Assembly (NCBI RefSeq): GCF_963921235.1
Contig: NC_086097.1
Span: 175,028,001 to 175,092,000 of the forward strand
Source: Mobula hypostoma
Taxonomy: Eukaryota
DNA length: 64,000 nt
Direction: 5' to 3'
The notes under the pieces are model-generated. The model was given only the letters and a program-made list of their open reading frames with translations. It was not told the origin of the DNA and did not search any database. The position numbers and the translations under genes were made by a program. Shown one piece after another: positions 36,890-49,600 of the stretch (position 1 is the first letter of the stretch; each line of letters starts with the position of its first letter).

Positions 36890-37392
36890 GTATGATGGAG
36901 GTTCACCAGATTGATTCCTGGGATGGCAGGACTTTCATATGATGAAAGACTGGATCGACTAGGCTTATACCCTCTGGAATTTAGCAGATGGAGGGGGGAT
37001 CTGATTGAAATGTATAACATCCTAAAGGGATTGGACAGGCTAGATGCAGGAAGATTGTTCCTGATGTTGGGGAAGTCCAGAACGAGGGGTCACAGTTTGA
37101 GGATAAAGGGGAAGCCTTTGAGGACCAAGATGAGGGAGAACTTCTTCACACAGAGAGTGGTGAATCTGTGGAATTCTCTGCCACAGGAAACAGTTGAGGC
37201 CAGTTCATTGGCTATATTTAAGAGGGAGTTAGATAAGGCCCTTGTGGCTAAAGGGATCAGGGGGTATGGAGAGAAGGCAGGTATAGGGTTCTGAGTTGGA
37301 TGATCAGCCATGATCGTACTGAATGGTGGTGCAGGCTCGAAGGGCCGAATGGCCTACTCCTGCACCTATTTTCTATGTTTCTATGTTTCTAT
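36890..37392 (+). mobile_element. Young 5'-truncated CR1 inserted in the older CR1
   Basis: Uninterrupted ORF 36911-37294 (GLSYDERLDRLGLY...FFTQRVVNLWNSLP) and (TTTCTATG)n tail; host CR1 resumes at gagcagagctggcc. Confidence 0.88.
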
Positions 37393-39400
37393 GAGAGCAG
37401 AGCTGGCCAAAGTACAGCAAAAATTAGCGGGAAGTTAGAGAATTGGGAAGTTTTTAAAAACCAACAGAACGCAACTAAAAAAGTTATAAAGAAGGAAAAG
37501 ATGGAATACAAAGTTAAGCTAGCCAATAATATTAAATGGGATACCAAAAGTTTCTTCAGGTATATAAAGTGTAAAAGAGAGACGAGAGTAGATATTGGAC
37601 TGCCGGAAAATGATGCTGTAGTAATGGTGGACAAGGAAATGGCAGACAAACTGAATAAGTGTTTTGCGTCAGTCTTCATTGTGGAAGACATTAGTGGTAT
37701 GACAGAAGTTCAAGAGTGTCAGGGGGTAGAAGTGAGTACAGTTACTATTACTAGGGAGAAGCTGCCTGGTAAACTGAAAGTAGGTAAGTCACCTGGACCC
37801 AGATGAACTACACACTAGGGTTCTGAAAGAGATAGCTGAAGAGATTGTGGAGGCACTAGTAATGATCTTTCAAGAATCACTAGATTCTGACATGGTTCCG
37901 GAGGACTGGAAAATTGCCAAAGTCACTCCACTCTTCAAGAAGGGAGGGCAGTAAAAGAAAGGAAATTATAGGCTAGTTAGTCTATAGTCAGTGGTTGGGA
38001 AGATGTTTGAGTCAATTGTTAAGATTCCACATGATAAAATGAGCCAAGTTCAGCATGGTTTTCTTAAGGGATTAGTAATCTGTTGAAATTCTTTGAGGAA
38101 ATAACAACCAGGATGGACAAAAGAGAATCAGTAGATATTGTGTACTTGAATTTTCATAAGGCCTTTGACAAGGTGCCGCACCTGAGGCTGCTTAACAGGA
38201 TTAAGAGCCAATGGTATCACAAGAAGGATATCAGCATAGATAGAGGATTGGCTGATTCATAGGAGGCTAACGCTGGGAATAAAGGGAGCCTTTTTTGGTT
38301 GGCTGCTGGTGACTAGAGGTATTCTGCAGGGGTCGATTTTGGGACCGCTTCTTTTTATGTAACATGTCAAAGCTTTATTTGACAGAATTGATGGCATTGT
38401 AGGCAAGTTTGCAGATAATATGAAGACAGGTGGAGAGGCAGATAGTGTTGAAGAAGCAGGGAGGCTGCAGAAGTTCTAGGAGAATGGGCAAAGAAGTGGC
38501 AGATGAAATATAGTGTCAGGAAGTGTATGGTCATGCACTTTGGTAGAAGGCAGACACATTGGCAGACACTATTTTCTAAACAAAGAGAAAATTCAAAAAT
38601 CCAAGGTGCAGAAAAGCTTGGGAATCCTCATGTAGATTTCTCTAAAGGTTAACTTGCAGGTTGAGTTGGTGGTGAGGAAGGCAAATACAATGTTAGCATC
38701 TATTTTGAAAGGACAAGAATATAAAAGCAAGAATGTAATGCTGAGGCTTTATAAGGCACTGGTTAGGCCTCACTTGGAGTATTGCGAGCAGTTTTTGGCC
38801 CCTTACATAAGAAAGTATTTGCTGATATTGGAGAGGGTTCAGAGGAGGTTCACAAAAATGATTACAAGAATGAAGGGGTTATCGTACTCACTGGAATTTA
38901 GAATAATGGGGGGGGGGGATCTCATTGAAACCGATAGAATGTTGAAAAGTCTAGATAGAGTGGATGCGGAGAAGATGTTTCCAATAGTGGGAGAGTCAAG
39001 GACCAGAGGGCATGGCCTCTGAACAGAGTGATGTCTATTTAGGATGGAGATGAGGAAGAATTTTCTAAGCCAAAGAGTGGTGAATCTGTGGAATTCATTG
39101 CTACAGGTAGCTATGGAGGCCAGATCATTGGGTGTATTTAAAGCCGAGGTTGATGGGTTCTTGAGTAGTCTGGGTGTGAAAAGTTACAGGGAGAAGGCAG
39201 GGGAATGGGGTTAAGAGGAAACATGGTTCAGCCATGATGAAATGGTGGAGCAGTCTCAATGGGCTGAATGGCCTAATTCTGTTCCTATGTCTTATGTGAA
39301 ACATTTGTGGGCATCTTTACAAGGACAATTACAAAATTACAAGTGTTGTCACTGACTGCAGAATATGGGTCAGTGTTTCAGATCACAACTGATATGTTAC

Positions 39401-39685
39401 CTTCAATCTGGTCCTCAGAAGGATGAACTTTTTCAATATCATCAGCATCAGAGAGTGCAGTCTCTTCCACTGGAGCTGCTGACACCGCTTGTTCTTCAGA
39501 AGTCACCCCTGCATGAGCTGAACTGTCTTCAGTATCTGTGGTCAAACGCGCCCCATCTTCTAAAGGGCTTGGCTCATTGGTGATGACCTCGTCAGGACCA
39601 GGGTCGGCTGCCCTGGGTTCCAATAGTTGGGCTTGATCTGGAATTGTTTCCCCTTCATTGGTTATTGGGCCATTTACATCTGGAG
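39401..39685 (-). CDS. ERICH5: ERICH5-like internal exon
   Basis: acacag|CT CCA GAT...ATT GAA G|gtaaca; 285 bp, phase 1-1, acidic, ending DIEKVHPSEDQIE(G) and joining GETGEK. Convergent position next to RIDA matches the mammalian arrangement as I recall it. Acceptor position less certain than donor. Confidence 0.75.
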
Positions 39686-39809
39686 CTGTGTTTATTCCAC
39701 CAGTGAGAATCCCATCAAAAGAGAGGCAAAATGTTATTTTGATCAGTAAATGTTATATGCTCTCAACTTTAACACAACAATACAGCACACTTAACATGAC
39801 AGACGCCTC

Positions 39810-41300
39810 CTTAAATCTGTATTTGGTGCTCCAAACATGGCTTCCTTTACATAATTGAGACCAAGCACAGACTGGATGACTGTTTCACAGTGAACCCACA
39901 CTCAGTCCATAGTGGCCATCCCAAGCTCCCAGTTGCAAACCATTTCAACACCTCTTCCCACCCCAGCGTGTCTGTTCTTAGCCTTCGCCGCTGCTAGTAT
40001 AAGGTCCAACACAAAATACAGGAACAACACCTTGTATTCTGCCTTGGTAGTTTACAATGCCATGGTATTAACATTAAGTTTTTCAATTTTAGTTTCTTCC
40101 TCCTTTGCCTCCACTCCCATTCTCTCCCCCACCTCTCTTCTTCCATTTCTGTCCCCCTTTTTCTCAACCGCCCCCACCCCCAATCACTCGTCATCCATCT
40201 TTGATCCCTCCCTCTGCTGGTACCATTCACTCACTATACACACAGTTCACCCAAGGTTCCCCCCTCCACAATCTGGTTCTGGCTCCATCTACCATTCACC
40301 TCTTCCTTAATAGTTCCCATTCTCACCTCCTTTATGTATCAGAGTTCAATACTGGTGGCTCTTTGTATTCCTGTTTATCTCCCACCAGTCTCTGTCTCCA
40401 ACATTCACACTCCCCTCCCCCCCGCCAACTCACTCCATCACCCTCTCATCTTTGTTTTCCTTCCCTCTATCTAACTCCATCAATTATTCAGCTGCTACTG
40501 TCTTCCAACTCCATTCCCTCCCTCCTCTTCCTGGCACAAACTGTCATCATCTTACAACCCTCCTGTCCACCAGTCTCCTCAGATTCCTGAATTTCCTCCT
40601 CCTGTTTATACCAGCCATCTCCCCACTATAGTCCTGAAGCAGGGTTTCCAACCCAAACAAGTCTTTTCTTCCCCCAGATGCTGCTCAACCCAATGAACTC
40701 CTCCAGCATTACACTATTAATGTGTCAGCCATAATCTGAGCTATCAGAACAGGTTCTGGAGTTGGTGTTAAGAGTTTGCAAATGTTCTCATACATAGCTG
40801 CCCACAAACATCTCCAACTTGTCAAATGACTGCTCTGCAACATCTGTCCCAGAAGATGCTCCTTCCCTCCTCTGCCTGGATGAGTGCAGCTTCAGCTGAA
40901 TTCAGGAATGCTGAAGCCGACAGAGAAAACGAAGCAGTCAGGGCCAGAGTACTGAAAGTTGTTGATGAAGTGGTGGAGGTAGAAAAGGGCTAGACCAGAG
41001 GTGACAAGATGGAGTTGATATGAAAAGGTGAGTTGGGTTGGGCAGGAGCAGGCAGAAACCATCCCCCACCAGGGCAGTTTTGTTTGTGAATCTTTGGTAG
41101 GAGGTGGAATCGGACAATGTGGTGTTGGGGAACTGTCAGTGAAGAAAGTGGGAGGGGCCAAAGCAGAAGTTGCTGTATACAAGGACAGGTTCTGTCAGAC
41201 AGAGGAGCTTGGTGGTGGAAAGGGAAAGATTGGGTCTGTTTCCAGAAATCTCTGAACCCTTCCTGATGGGTGGATAAAGTGGGAGGAACCAAAAGGGAAG
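39810..41300. mobile_element. Two old Penelope-like fragments (+ 39810-40710; - 40790-41300)
   Basis: Endonuclease-end remnant aggaacaacaccttgtattctgccttggtagtttacaa with decayed tail; minus-strand RT remnant FHLLPKIHKQNCP...VSACSCPT. Confidence 0.7.
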
Positions 41301-42565
41301 TGGCGAAGGTGCAAAAATCAGAGTTGGGCCTGCTTCTTATTTAAAGTGATCATGGGAGATCATCTGCTTGGGTACCCTGTTCCTACTTTCTACCCATGAT
41401 TCCTTTAATGTTAAGAAACATATTTACCTCCTGGAATATATTTAATGGCCTCCTCCACTGCTTCATGTGGTAGAGAACTCCATGGGTTCACCAGCATTTG
41501 GGTGAACACAGTTTTTCTAAATGGACTACCCTCCTGTCCTGTGAGCTGGGACTGGACTCACCAACCAACAGGAGCATCCTTCGTGTGCAGCTTCCAGGTA
41601 GAATTTGAGAGGGTTTTTGTAAGATCCTCTTTCATTCTGCTGTTCTCCAATCTGTCTTCATTTGGTAAACCTACCGTCCCGGGAAGGACTCTAGTCAACC
41701 TCCAGCATTCCTTCCATGGCAAGAACATAAGGAGACCAAAGCTGCACACAAAACTCCTAACTCTTGTCTGACTGAGACTCTGTAGAAGTGCAGAAAACCA
41801 CCCTTGTTCCCTTTCTCAAATCATCTTCCTTCCCCAACTCCTTGCTGCGCCTGAACACTTCGCTCAGTGACTGGTTGGTCTACAAGGGCCTGATGTACCT
41901 GCACTTTCCCCACGCTGACACCATCTAGATAATTACCTGCTACTGGAATCAGATTTTTAATTATTTTGCTAAGGTATTAGTTGAATTAATGCAAGACTAA
42001 AATTTTAGTTTCCCAACACACAATTTGTACTTTTAAAGCATATATTTTCACACTATGTGCTGTTTGTCTCCACATGCTGGCAAAAAAGCAGTGTAGCAGT
42101 TACATAACAGTGTCACATTTTCATTTTTCATTGGCTATGTATTAGCACATGACATGTGCTGTGACTGAATCTTTTGATTGGTCCTTCCTTGTCTCAGGAA
42201 TTTGTCTTATCCGAGTATAAAAGTGTCAGGCTCTGCAAAAATCACCATCTTTGCTCTTTATTCTGGTCTTTTGTCTTTGGCCCCAGTTCATACGCTCTGT
42301 ATCTGTTCCTTTGCTTAAACTTTAAAATAAAAGACTGTGAAGCTGCAAGTTTTCACTCATTTTTGGGCTCATAGAAGAACATGAGAAATGAAAAATCACT
42401 AAATTCCCAACTGCCTTGCTGTTTTTAGAAAAAGAAATCGGATAGCTTCATATTTATCCAAATTAAATTGGGCAGAAAAGTGACATATGGACTCCAATAT
42501 TGGGAAACAGGACTAGTGCTATCAGATATCAGACTCTTGAATGGAGCTCTTGTGTGATAAAATGG

Positions 42566-43133
42566 AGCACCTCCGCTCTGTCCGCCACAACAAACAGGGT
42601 CTCCCGGTAGCCACCCACTTAAACTCTGCTTCCCATTCCCATTCGGATATGTCCATACATGGCCTCCTCCACTGCCATGATGAGGCTAAACTCAGGTTGA
42701 AGGAGCAACACCTCATATACCGTCTAGGTAGTCTCCAGCCCCTTGGTATGAACATAGAATTCTCCAACTTCCGGTAATTCCCTCCCCCTCCCTTCCCCAT
42801 CCCTATGTCACTCTGTCCCTCCCCCAGCTGCCTATCACCTCCTTCATGGTTCTGCCTCCTTCTACTATCCATTGTGTTTTCCCCTATTCCTTCTTCACCT
42901 TTCCTGCCTATCTCCTCCCTGCCTCCCTTCCCCCACCCCTTTATCTTTCGCCTTACCGGTTTTTCACCTGGAACCTACCAGCCTTCTCCTTCCCACCCTC
43001 CCCCCACCTTCTTTATAGGGCCTCTGGCCCTTCCCGCTACAGTCTTGATGAAGGGTTCTGGCCCGAAACGTCGACTAATCGTTTCCACAGATGCTGCCCG
43101 ACCTGCTGAGTTCCTCCAGTGTGTTGAGTGTAA
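42566..43133 (+). mobile_element. Penelope-like 3' fragment, second subfamily
   Basis: EHLRSVRHNKQGLPVATHLNS...RLKEQHLIYRLGSLQPLGMNIEFSNFR; flanking direct repeat TGATAAAATGG (42555-42565 / 43134-43144); hammerhead variant with TTGATGA core at 43041-43076. Confidence 0.88.
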
Positions 43134-44422
43134 TGATAAAATGGTCTCCTGGCCTCACAGTCTACCTTGTTACGATATTCCACTCTATCTTTTACCTCCA
43201 CTGTACACTTTCGGTAGCTTTTACACTTTATTCTGCATTGCTCTTATTTTATCTTTTTCTAGCTCAGTGCATTGTGTAATGATTTGATATTTATAAACAG
43301 TGTGCAAGACAAACTTTTCACTGTATTTCGGTACATGTGACAATAATAAAATAAAAAAACTAATACCAATATATTTGAGCCACACACACAAAATGCTGGA
43401 AGAACTCAATACGCCAGGCAGCATCTATGGAAAAGAGTAAAACAGTCGACACTTTGGGCCAAGTCCCTTCATCGGGACTGGAAAAAAATGAGAAGTCTGA
43501 GCAAGAAGGTGATGGGAGGGGTGGAAGAAGAACAAGGGAAATCAGAATGGGAAATGGTGAAGGAGAGGGGAAGGGCCATTGCTGGAAGTTTGAGAAATCG
43601 ATGTTCTTTTCATCAGGTCGGAATATGAGGTGTTGCTCCTCCAACTTGAGTGTGGCCTCACCATAGCAGTAGAGGAGGCCATGGACTGAGATTCTAGAAT
43701 GGGAAGGGGAAGTAGAATTAAAATGGGTGACCACTGGGAGATCCCACTTTTTCTCATGGTCTGAATGTTGGTGCTCGGCGAAAAGGTCTCCCAATCTACT
43801 TCAGGTCCCACCGATACACAAGAGGCCACACTGGGAGCACCGGATACAGTAGATGACCCCAACAGACTTACAGGTGAAATGTTGCCTCCCCTGGAAGGAC
43901 TGTTTGGGGCCCTGAATGGTAGTGAAGGAGGAGTTGTAGGGGCAGGTGTATCACTTGTTCCGCTTGCAAGGATAAGTACCAGGAGGGAGATCAATGGGGA
44001 GGGACAAATAGACAAGGAAGTTGCATAGGGAGCGATAGCAGAAAATGGGGGGGGGGTGTGGTGAAGATGTGCTTGGTGGTGGGATCCTGTTGGAGATGGC
44101 AGAATGAAAGCGTGGCATGTAGATGGGAGAAGCAGTCAATTGAAGCTGAGTATCTGTGTTCCTCAGAGGGTCTGAATTGAGAAGCTTGAAAACGGATCTG
44201 GAAGCCATGTGGCACAAGATGGCAGCAAAAACATGTTCCCAGGAAGGATACATGGCCGTAGTAGCGGGTTTGGGTGAGCACATGGTCGAAGAGTTGGAGG
44301 CAGCAGAGATCACAGAGGGGGAACATTGAGAGAGGGTTTCACTGAACTCCCATCAAAGGGAAGATTTACTCACAACACGCTGGAGGAACTCAGCAGGTCG
44401 GGCAGCATCCGTGGAAAAGATC

Positions 44423-44458
44423 GGTCGACGTTTCGGGCCAGAACCCTTCGTCAGGACT
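44423..44458 (-). ncRNA. Minimal hammerhead ribozyme motif
   Basis: Reverse complement AGTC-CTGACGA-AGGGTTCTGGCCC-GAAA-CGTC-GACC. Confidence 0.75.
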
Positions 44459-44966
44459 GAAGAGGGAAGGGGCAGAGGCCCTATAAAGAAGGTGGGGGGA
44501 GGGTGGGAAGGAGAAGTCTGGTAGGTTCCAGGTGAAAAACCAGTAAGGGGAAAGATAAAGGGGTGGGGGAGGGGAAGCAGGGAGGTGATAGGCAGGAAAG
44601 GTGAAGAAAGAATAGGGGAAAACACAATGGGTTGTAGGAGGCGGAACCAAGAGGGAGGAGGTAGGCAGCTGGGGGAAGGGACAGAGTGACATAGGGATAG
44701 GGGCAGGGAGGGGGAGGGAATTATTGGAAGTTGGAGAATTCTATGTTCATACCAAGGGGCTGGAAGCCTCCCTCTTGGTTCCGCCTCCTACTACCCATTG
44801 TGTTTTCCCCTATTCTTTCTTCACCTTTCCTGCCTATCACCTCGCTTCTTCCCCTCCCCCACCCCTTTATCTTTCCCCTCACTGGTTTTTCACCTGGAAC
44901 CTACCAGCCTTCTCCTTCCCACCCTCTCCCCGCCTTCTTTATAGGGCCTCTGCCCCTTCCCCCTAC

Positions 44967-45002
44967 AGTCCTGACGAAGGGTTCCGGCCCGAAACGTCAA
45001 CC
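44967..45002 (+). ncRNA. Minimal hammerhead ribozyme motif, weakened stem I
   Basis: AGTC-CTGACGA-AGGGTTCCGGCCC-GAAA-CGTC-AACC. Confidence 0.6.
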
Positions 45003-46169
45003 GATCTTTTCCACTGATTCTGCCCGACCTGCTGAGTTCCTCCAGCGTGTTGTGAGTGTTGCTTTGACCCCAGCATCTGCAGATTATTTTGTGTTTACGA
45101 AAGGGAAGATTTAAACTTCTTCAAGGTAGTCATTCCCTGAAAAGACTTAACAGTGTAGTAGTATAGTAGCACAAACATGAGATGTTTCTTACGTTTGTAC
45201 CAATATACTTGATTCAGTGTGCAGGTCCTTAAAGGCAGTAAGGTGGATAAATATGGTGTTGAGGTCAAAGCTTAGAATTCAAGAGCTTTATGTATTAGGC
45301 TGCAACTAAATGATTACATACAATTCCATACATTTCCATTTATGGTACTAGAGAGAGGGCAGAGGCCACAAATACTGAATTACATTTACAAAAGAAGACT
45401 GGCTAGATTGGATTGGCTTTGTAATTGCCAGCAGTTTCACTCCCAGTGTGTAAATGCATAAGAGCTCCTGGTGAGCACAAGGATGTATTTCCCTTCACAG
45501 AAGATCAATAACCAGGGACAAAAATGTAAGTTTACTGGTCTAAGAACTAATGGAATGTTGAAGACGGAAACACGAGGAAATCTGCAGATGCTGGAAATTC
45601 AAGCAACACACGAAGGGTCTCGGCCCAAAACGTCGAGTGTACCTCTTCCTATAGATGTTGCCTGGCCTGCTGCGTTCCACCAGCATTGCGTGGGAATGTT
45701 GAAGAATGATTTTCTCACCCAGGGAATGATGGAGGTATAGAGATCACTGCCTGAAAGAATGGTGGGGAAACAAACCCTTGCGCCCTTTAAAAAGTACCTG
45801 GAGAGAACTTGATCTGCTGTAACTTTATCTAGTCTGAGAGCTCGGAGACAGAACACGGGGTTTCAGTCAGCAAGGACAGGATGGGCCAAATGGGCTCATA
45901 TGCTGTAGATTTCTATGATATTCAATTCCTTTGAGAGTGGCATCATAGATAGATAGAGTGGTGTAGGGTCCTGATGAAGGCCCAAAATATCAACTGTTTA
46001 TTCCCAATCATAGATGCTGCCTGGCCTGCTGAGTTCCTCCAGCATTTTGTGTGTGATGAAGAAGGGGATTGGCATGCTGGCCTTATCAATTAGGAGATTG
46101 AGTATAGGGATTGGGGTGTTATATTGTTGTTGTACGAGACAGTGAGGCTGCATTTGGAGTATTGTGAAC

Positions 46170-46580
46170 TGTGGTAGGAATGGTTAAAACTAGTATATGA
46201 TGGGATACTTAACCATTCTGGAACAGCTGGGCTTAAGACTGCTGATGTGAGTCGAGAATAACCTTGGATGATAAGGACGGTATCAGGAACTCCGAGTAAT
46301 AAGATACTAGGCCCCAGGAGGTAAATTATGAGTCCTGATAACAGGAAGCAGGAAGAACTGTTAGACTCGCGCTTAGAGATAATTGACATGTCTTTTAAAT
46401 GATTGAGCATGTACTGGCTGTGGGATGTCAAACAAAGTTACGTGAAGTTGTTTGTCTCGCTGTATAAATATGAGCTTGGTATAATCAAAAAATCAGAGTT
46501 CTGGCGGCGGTGGAGACTGCTGCAGACTCTCCATGATATCATGTTAATAAACCCTTAAAACAAAACTCGAAGTCACAACA
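46170..46580 (+). mobile_element. Solo LTR (411 bp)
   Basis: TGTGGT...ACAACA termini; TATAAAT at ~46463 and AATAAA at ~46546; 5-bp TSD TGAAC/TGTAC (one mismatch). Confidence 0.8.
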
Positions 46581-46649
46581 TGTACAGTTTTGGTCATCCT
46601 GTTATAGAAAAGATGTCATTAAGTAGGAAAAAGTGCAAAAAAAAGATAT

Positions 46650-49600
46650 TGTGGGGACTCCTTAATTTCATCAGACAGATTTCCGGATGATTTCAGAGTG
46701 ATTTCATTCATTTTGCTCTCAAGCCCCCTGAATTCTGGCAGGAACTTACCACCGTTTGGTTTGCTCAGGCAGAGGCCCAGTTCGCAGTGTGGGCAATCTT
46801 GTAAGATGACATGAAAAATTACTACATCGTCGCAGCATTAGACAGCTCTACGGCGACCATGGTGATGAGTGTCTTCCAGCACCCCCTTGAAGTCAGCAGG
46901 CACGAGACTCTTAGGTAACTCCTAGAGACTTACAAACTTTCCGAGTATGAGTGTGCCTGTCGGCTCCTCTCACTGCCCGGTTTAGGCATCTCCAAGCCAT
47001 CGGAGTTGATGGACCACATATTATCCCTCCATACGGACATCAGCCGTGTTTCACCTTCAGAGAACTTTTCCTGCAACAAGTACCAGGTGAGATGCGGTCG
47101 GCTCTGGCTGGCTCTCCCCTCAAAGACCTCCGAGCTCTTGTCAGAGGCTGACAAGGTGCTTTCCATCACCAAGAAGGCTTGTGTGACCATGCGGCTGGAT
47201 GACTGAACATAAGACAATCACCGTGGCTCAAAGACAGTTTCCTTCCCAGTGTTTCTGCCACGTGAGGTTTGGGCCGAGAGCTCAGAAATACCACCCACCC
47301 TGCAGGTTCAAGGAATCGGGAAATGGAAATGGCTGGTGCCTTTTAGCTGCTATGGGCATTGGCAGGTCAGACAGTTTGTTGTTCATTCCTCTGTGACATG
47401 GGCACTCAGTTAAGCGTCCTGCCCGTGTCTAAATTGGACATACAGACTGGGGAATATGGACCATCTCCCGAGGCTGTGAATGGCAGAGCCATCCGGACTT
47501 TCGCTAAGTGTAAGATGGCGTTGTGCTTTGGCGGGCAGAAGTTCCACTGGAATTTTGTGTTGGTGGCCATGTCTATGACCCTGCTGGGAGCCGACTTCCT
47601 CTGCACCAGCAGTCTTCTCTTTGATGTCCAGAACCAGCGCCTTGTCAGCGCAGAGACTTTCTACTCCCTCTCTGGCACACTCAGCACCACCAGCACTTCA
47701 AAGTTGTCCAGCGTCCTTTCCACCTCCGTCAACATCCTCTGCCTCCTCGCTGAGTTCCCAGACCTGACCGAACTCACCTTCTCCTCCTCCACTGCTAAAC
47801 ACGGGGTGGAGCACCATATCCTCACTACCACCCCACCCATTTACGCCAGGTGCCTCGACCTGGAGAAGCTAGCTGTCGCTAAGGCTGAGTTTGAAGCCAT
47901 GGAGCACCTGGGTATCATCAGGCAATCCAGCAGTCCATGAGCTTCCCCTCTCCACATCGTGTGAAAACCAGGAGGCGGGTGATGTCCATGTGGTGATTAC
48001 CAACGCCCCAACGACACTTCAACCCCTGACCGATACCCAATCCCACACATCCAGGATTTCTCTGCCCACCTGGCAGGGAAAATTAATTTCTCGAAGGTGG
48101 ACCTCGTTCGTGGTTATCACCAGGTCCCTGTCCACCCGAGTGACATTCTTAAAACTGCTGTTATTACACCGTTTGGTTTGTTTGAGTTCCTCTGAATGCC
48201 ATTTGGGCTGAAAAAGCAGCCCAGACCTTTTAGTGCCTCATGGACAGTGTTCTCAGGGATTTTCCATTCCTGTTTGTTTGCCTAGATGACATTTTGGTAG
48301 CCAGCTCTTCTAGAGCTGAACACCTCTTACACTTGAGAACTCTTTTCAAACGCCTTAGGCAGCACAGTCTTATCATCAACCCAGTGAAGTGCCAGTTTGG
48401 GCAGCCCATGGTTGATTTCCTCAGACACCGTGTCAATCCAGCAACGGCAGTTCCCCTGCCGGCTAAGGTTGAAGCTGTTAAGCACTTCCTTTGGCCAGTC
48501 ACTGTTAAGGCCCTGCAGGAGTTTTTGGGCACGGTGAACTTTTATCACTGTTTTGTCCCAAAGCAGCTCAGCTCATGCACACCCTGTATAAGGCCCTTAA
48601 GGGCAATATGACCAAGCATGTTGTGGGCTGGACAGTGGAAAGGTTCAAGGCGTTCTCGGACACTAAGCAGGCATTGTCTAATGTAATGCTGCTGGTGCAT
48701 CTCCTTCCAGACGCACTGTTCGCTGTCACCACAGATCTATCAGATTGTGCAGTCGACACGGTGTATAAGCAGTTGGCCAACGGCATTTGGCAGCCTCTCG
48801 TCTTTTATAGGCATCAGCTTCATCCGCGCAAGTGCAAGTACAGCATGTTCAACCGTGAGCTTCTTGGCCTGTACTTGGCTGTGCAGCATTTTCGTTTTCT
48901 CCTAGAGGGCCGTTCATTTATGGCTTTTATGGATCATAAGACCCTAAAAATTGCCATGGCTAAGGTCTCTGAACCTTGGTCTGCTCAACAGCAGCACCAT
49001 CTTGCTTTTATTTCAGGTTTCACCACGGACATCCAGCATGTCGCAGGGAAGTACAACCTTGTAGCTGACTGCCTTTCCCAGTCCTTCACAGGTGCTGTCC
49101 ATTTGGGCATGGATTACGCTCAGATGGCGGCAGACCAGGTTTTGGACCTGAGCACGCAGGCGCTGTGTTCAGCAGACAGAGGGTTGAAATTGGTAGATGA
49201 TGCTTTCAGTGCCAGCGGCATTTCACTACTGTGTGATGTATCAATGGGGCGTCCCAGGCCAGCCGTGCCAGCAAGCTGGCACAGCATGTTTTCGATGCGG
49301 TCCCTGGGCTTTCTCACCCAGGCCAGATGGCATCACAGAAACTGGTGACAGAAAAGTTTGTGTGGCACGGGCTTAAGAAGAACATCAGGAACGGGGCTAG
49401 TGCTTGTCTAGCGTGTCAACATACGAAAGGGCATTGACATGCAAGGCTCCTTTGGCTCCTTTGGCTCCTTTCACAGAGTGGCATTTCGACCATGTGCATG
49501 TGGATTTGGTCGTCCTGTTGCCCCTATCCTGCGGGTTCCTCACCTCCTCACGATCATTGATAGGACAACATGTTGGCCAGTGGCAATACCGCTGCCATCC

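Larger units (their letters stand above)
34930..39295 (+). mobile_element. Long degenerate CR1 LINE with nested insertions
   Basis: ORF1 esterase (VIGGSIIRG...CLPTARV...IGTND...SRVVISGLLPVPR); endonuclease (KVLYSSARNMWNKVDEL...VGITESWL, MEDFN, LGGSDH); RT and C-terminus (LYKALVRPHLEYC); many stops. Confidence 0.92.
44369..45099. mobile_element. Inverted pair of Penelope terminal repeats (second subfamily) nested in the older Penelope
   Basis: 44369-44770 (-) and 44770-45099 (+) are reverse complements; 14-bp TSD AAAGGGAAGATTTA (44355-44368 / 45100-45113). Confidence 0.92.
43378..45150 (-). mobile_element. Older internally deleted Penelope-like element
   Basis: Endonuclease and linker (DLPPGTYPCKRNK) joined directly to the ORF N-terminus (LFDHVLTQTRYYGHVSFLGTC...FQASQF), RT absent; interrupted at 44369-45099. 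Confidence 0.85.

Noticed and set aside
5612..45002. 36-nt repeated motif as a CRISPR-like array
   Set aside because: Copies are dispersed, on both strands and embedded in longer TE homology; no regular spacers and no cas genes
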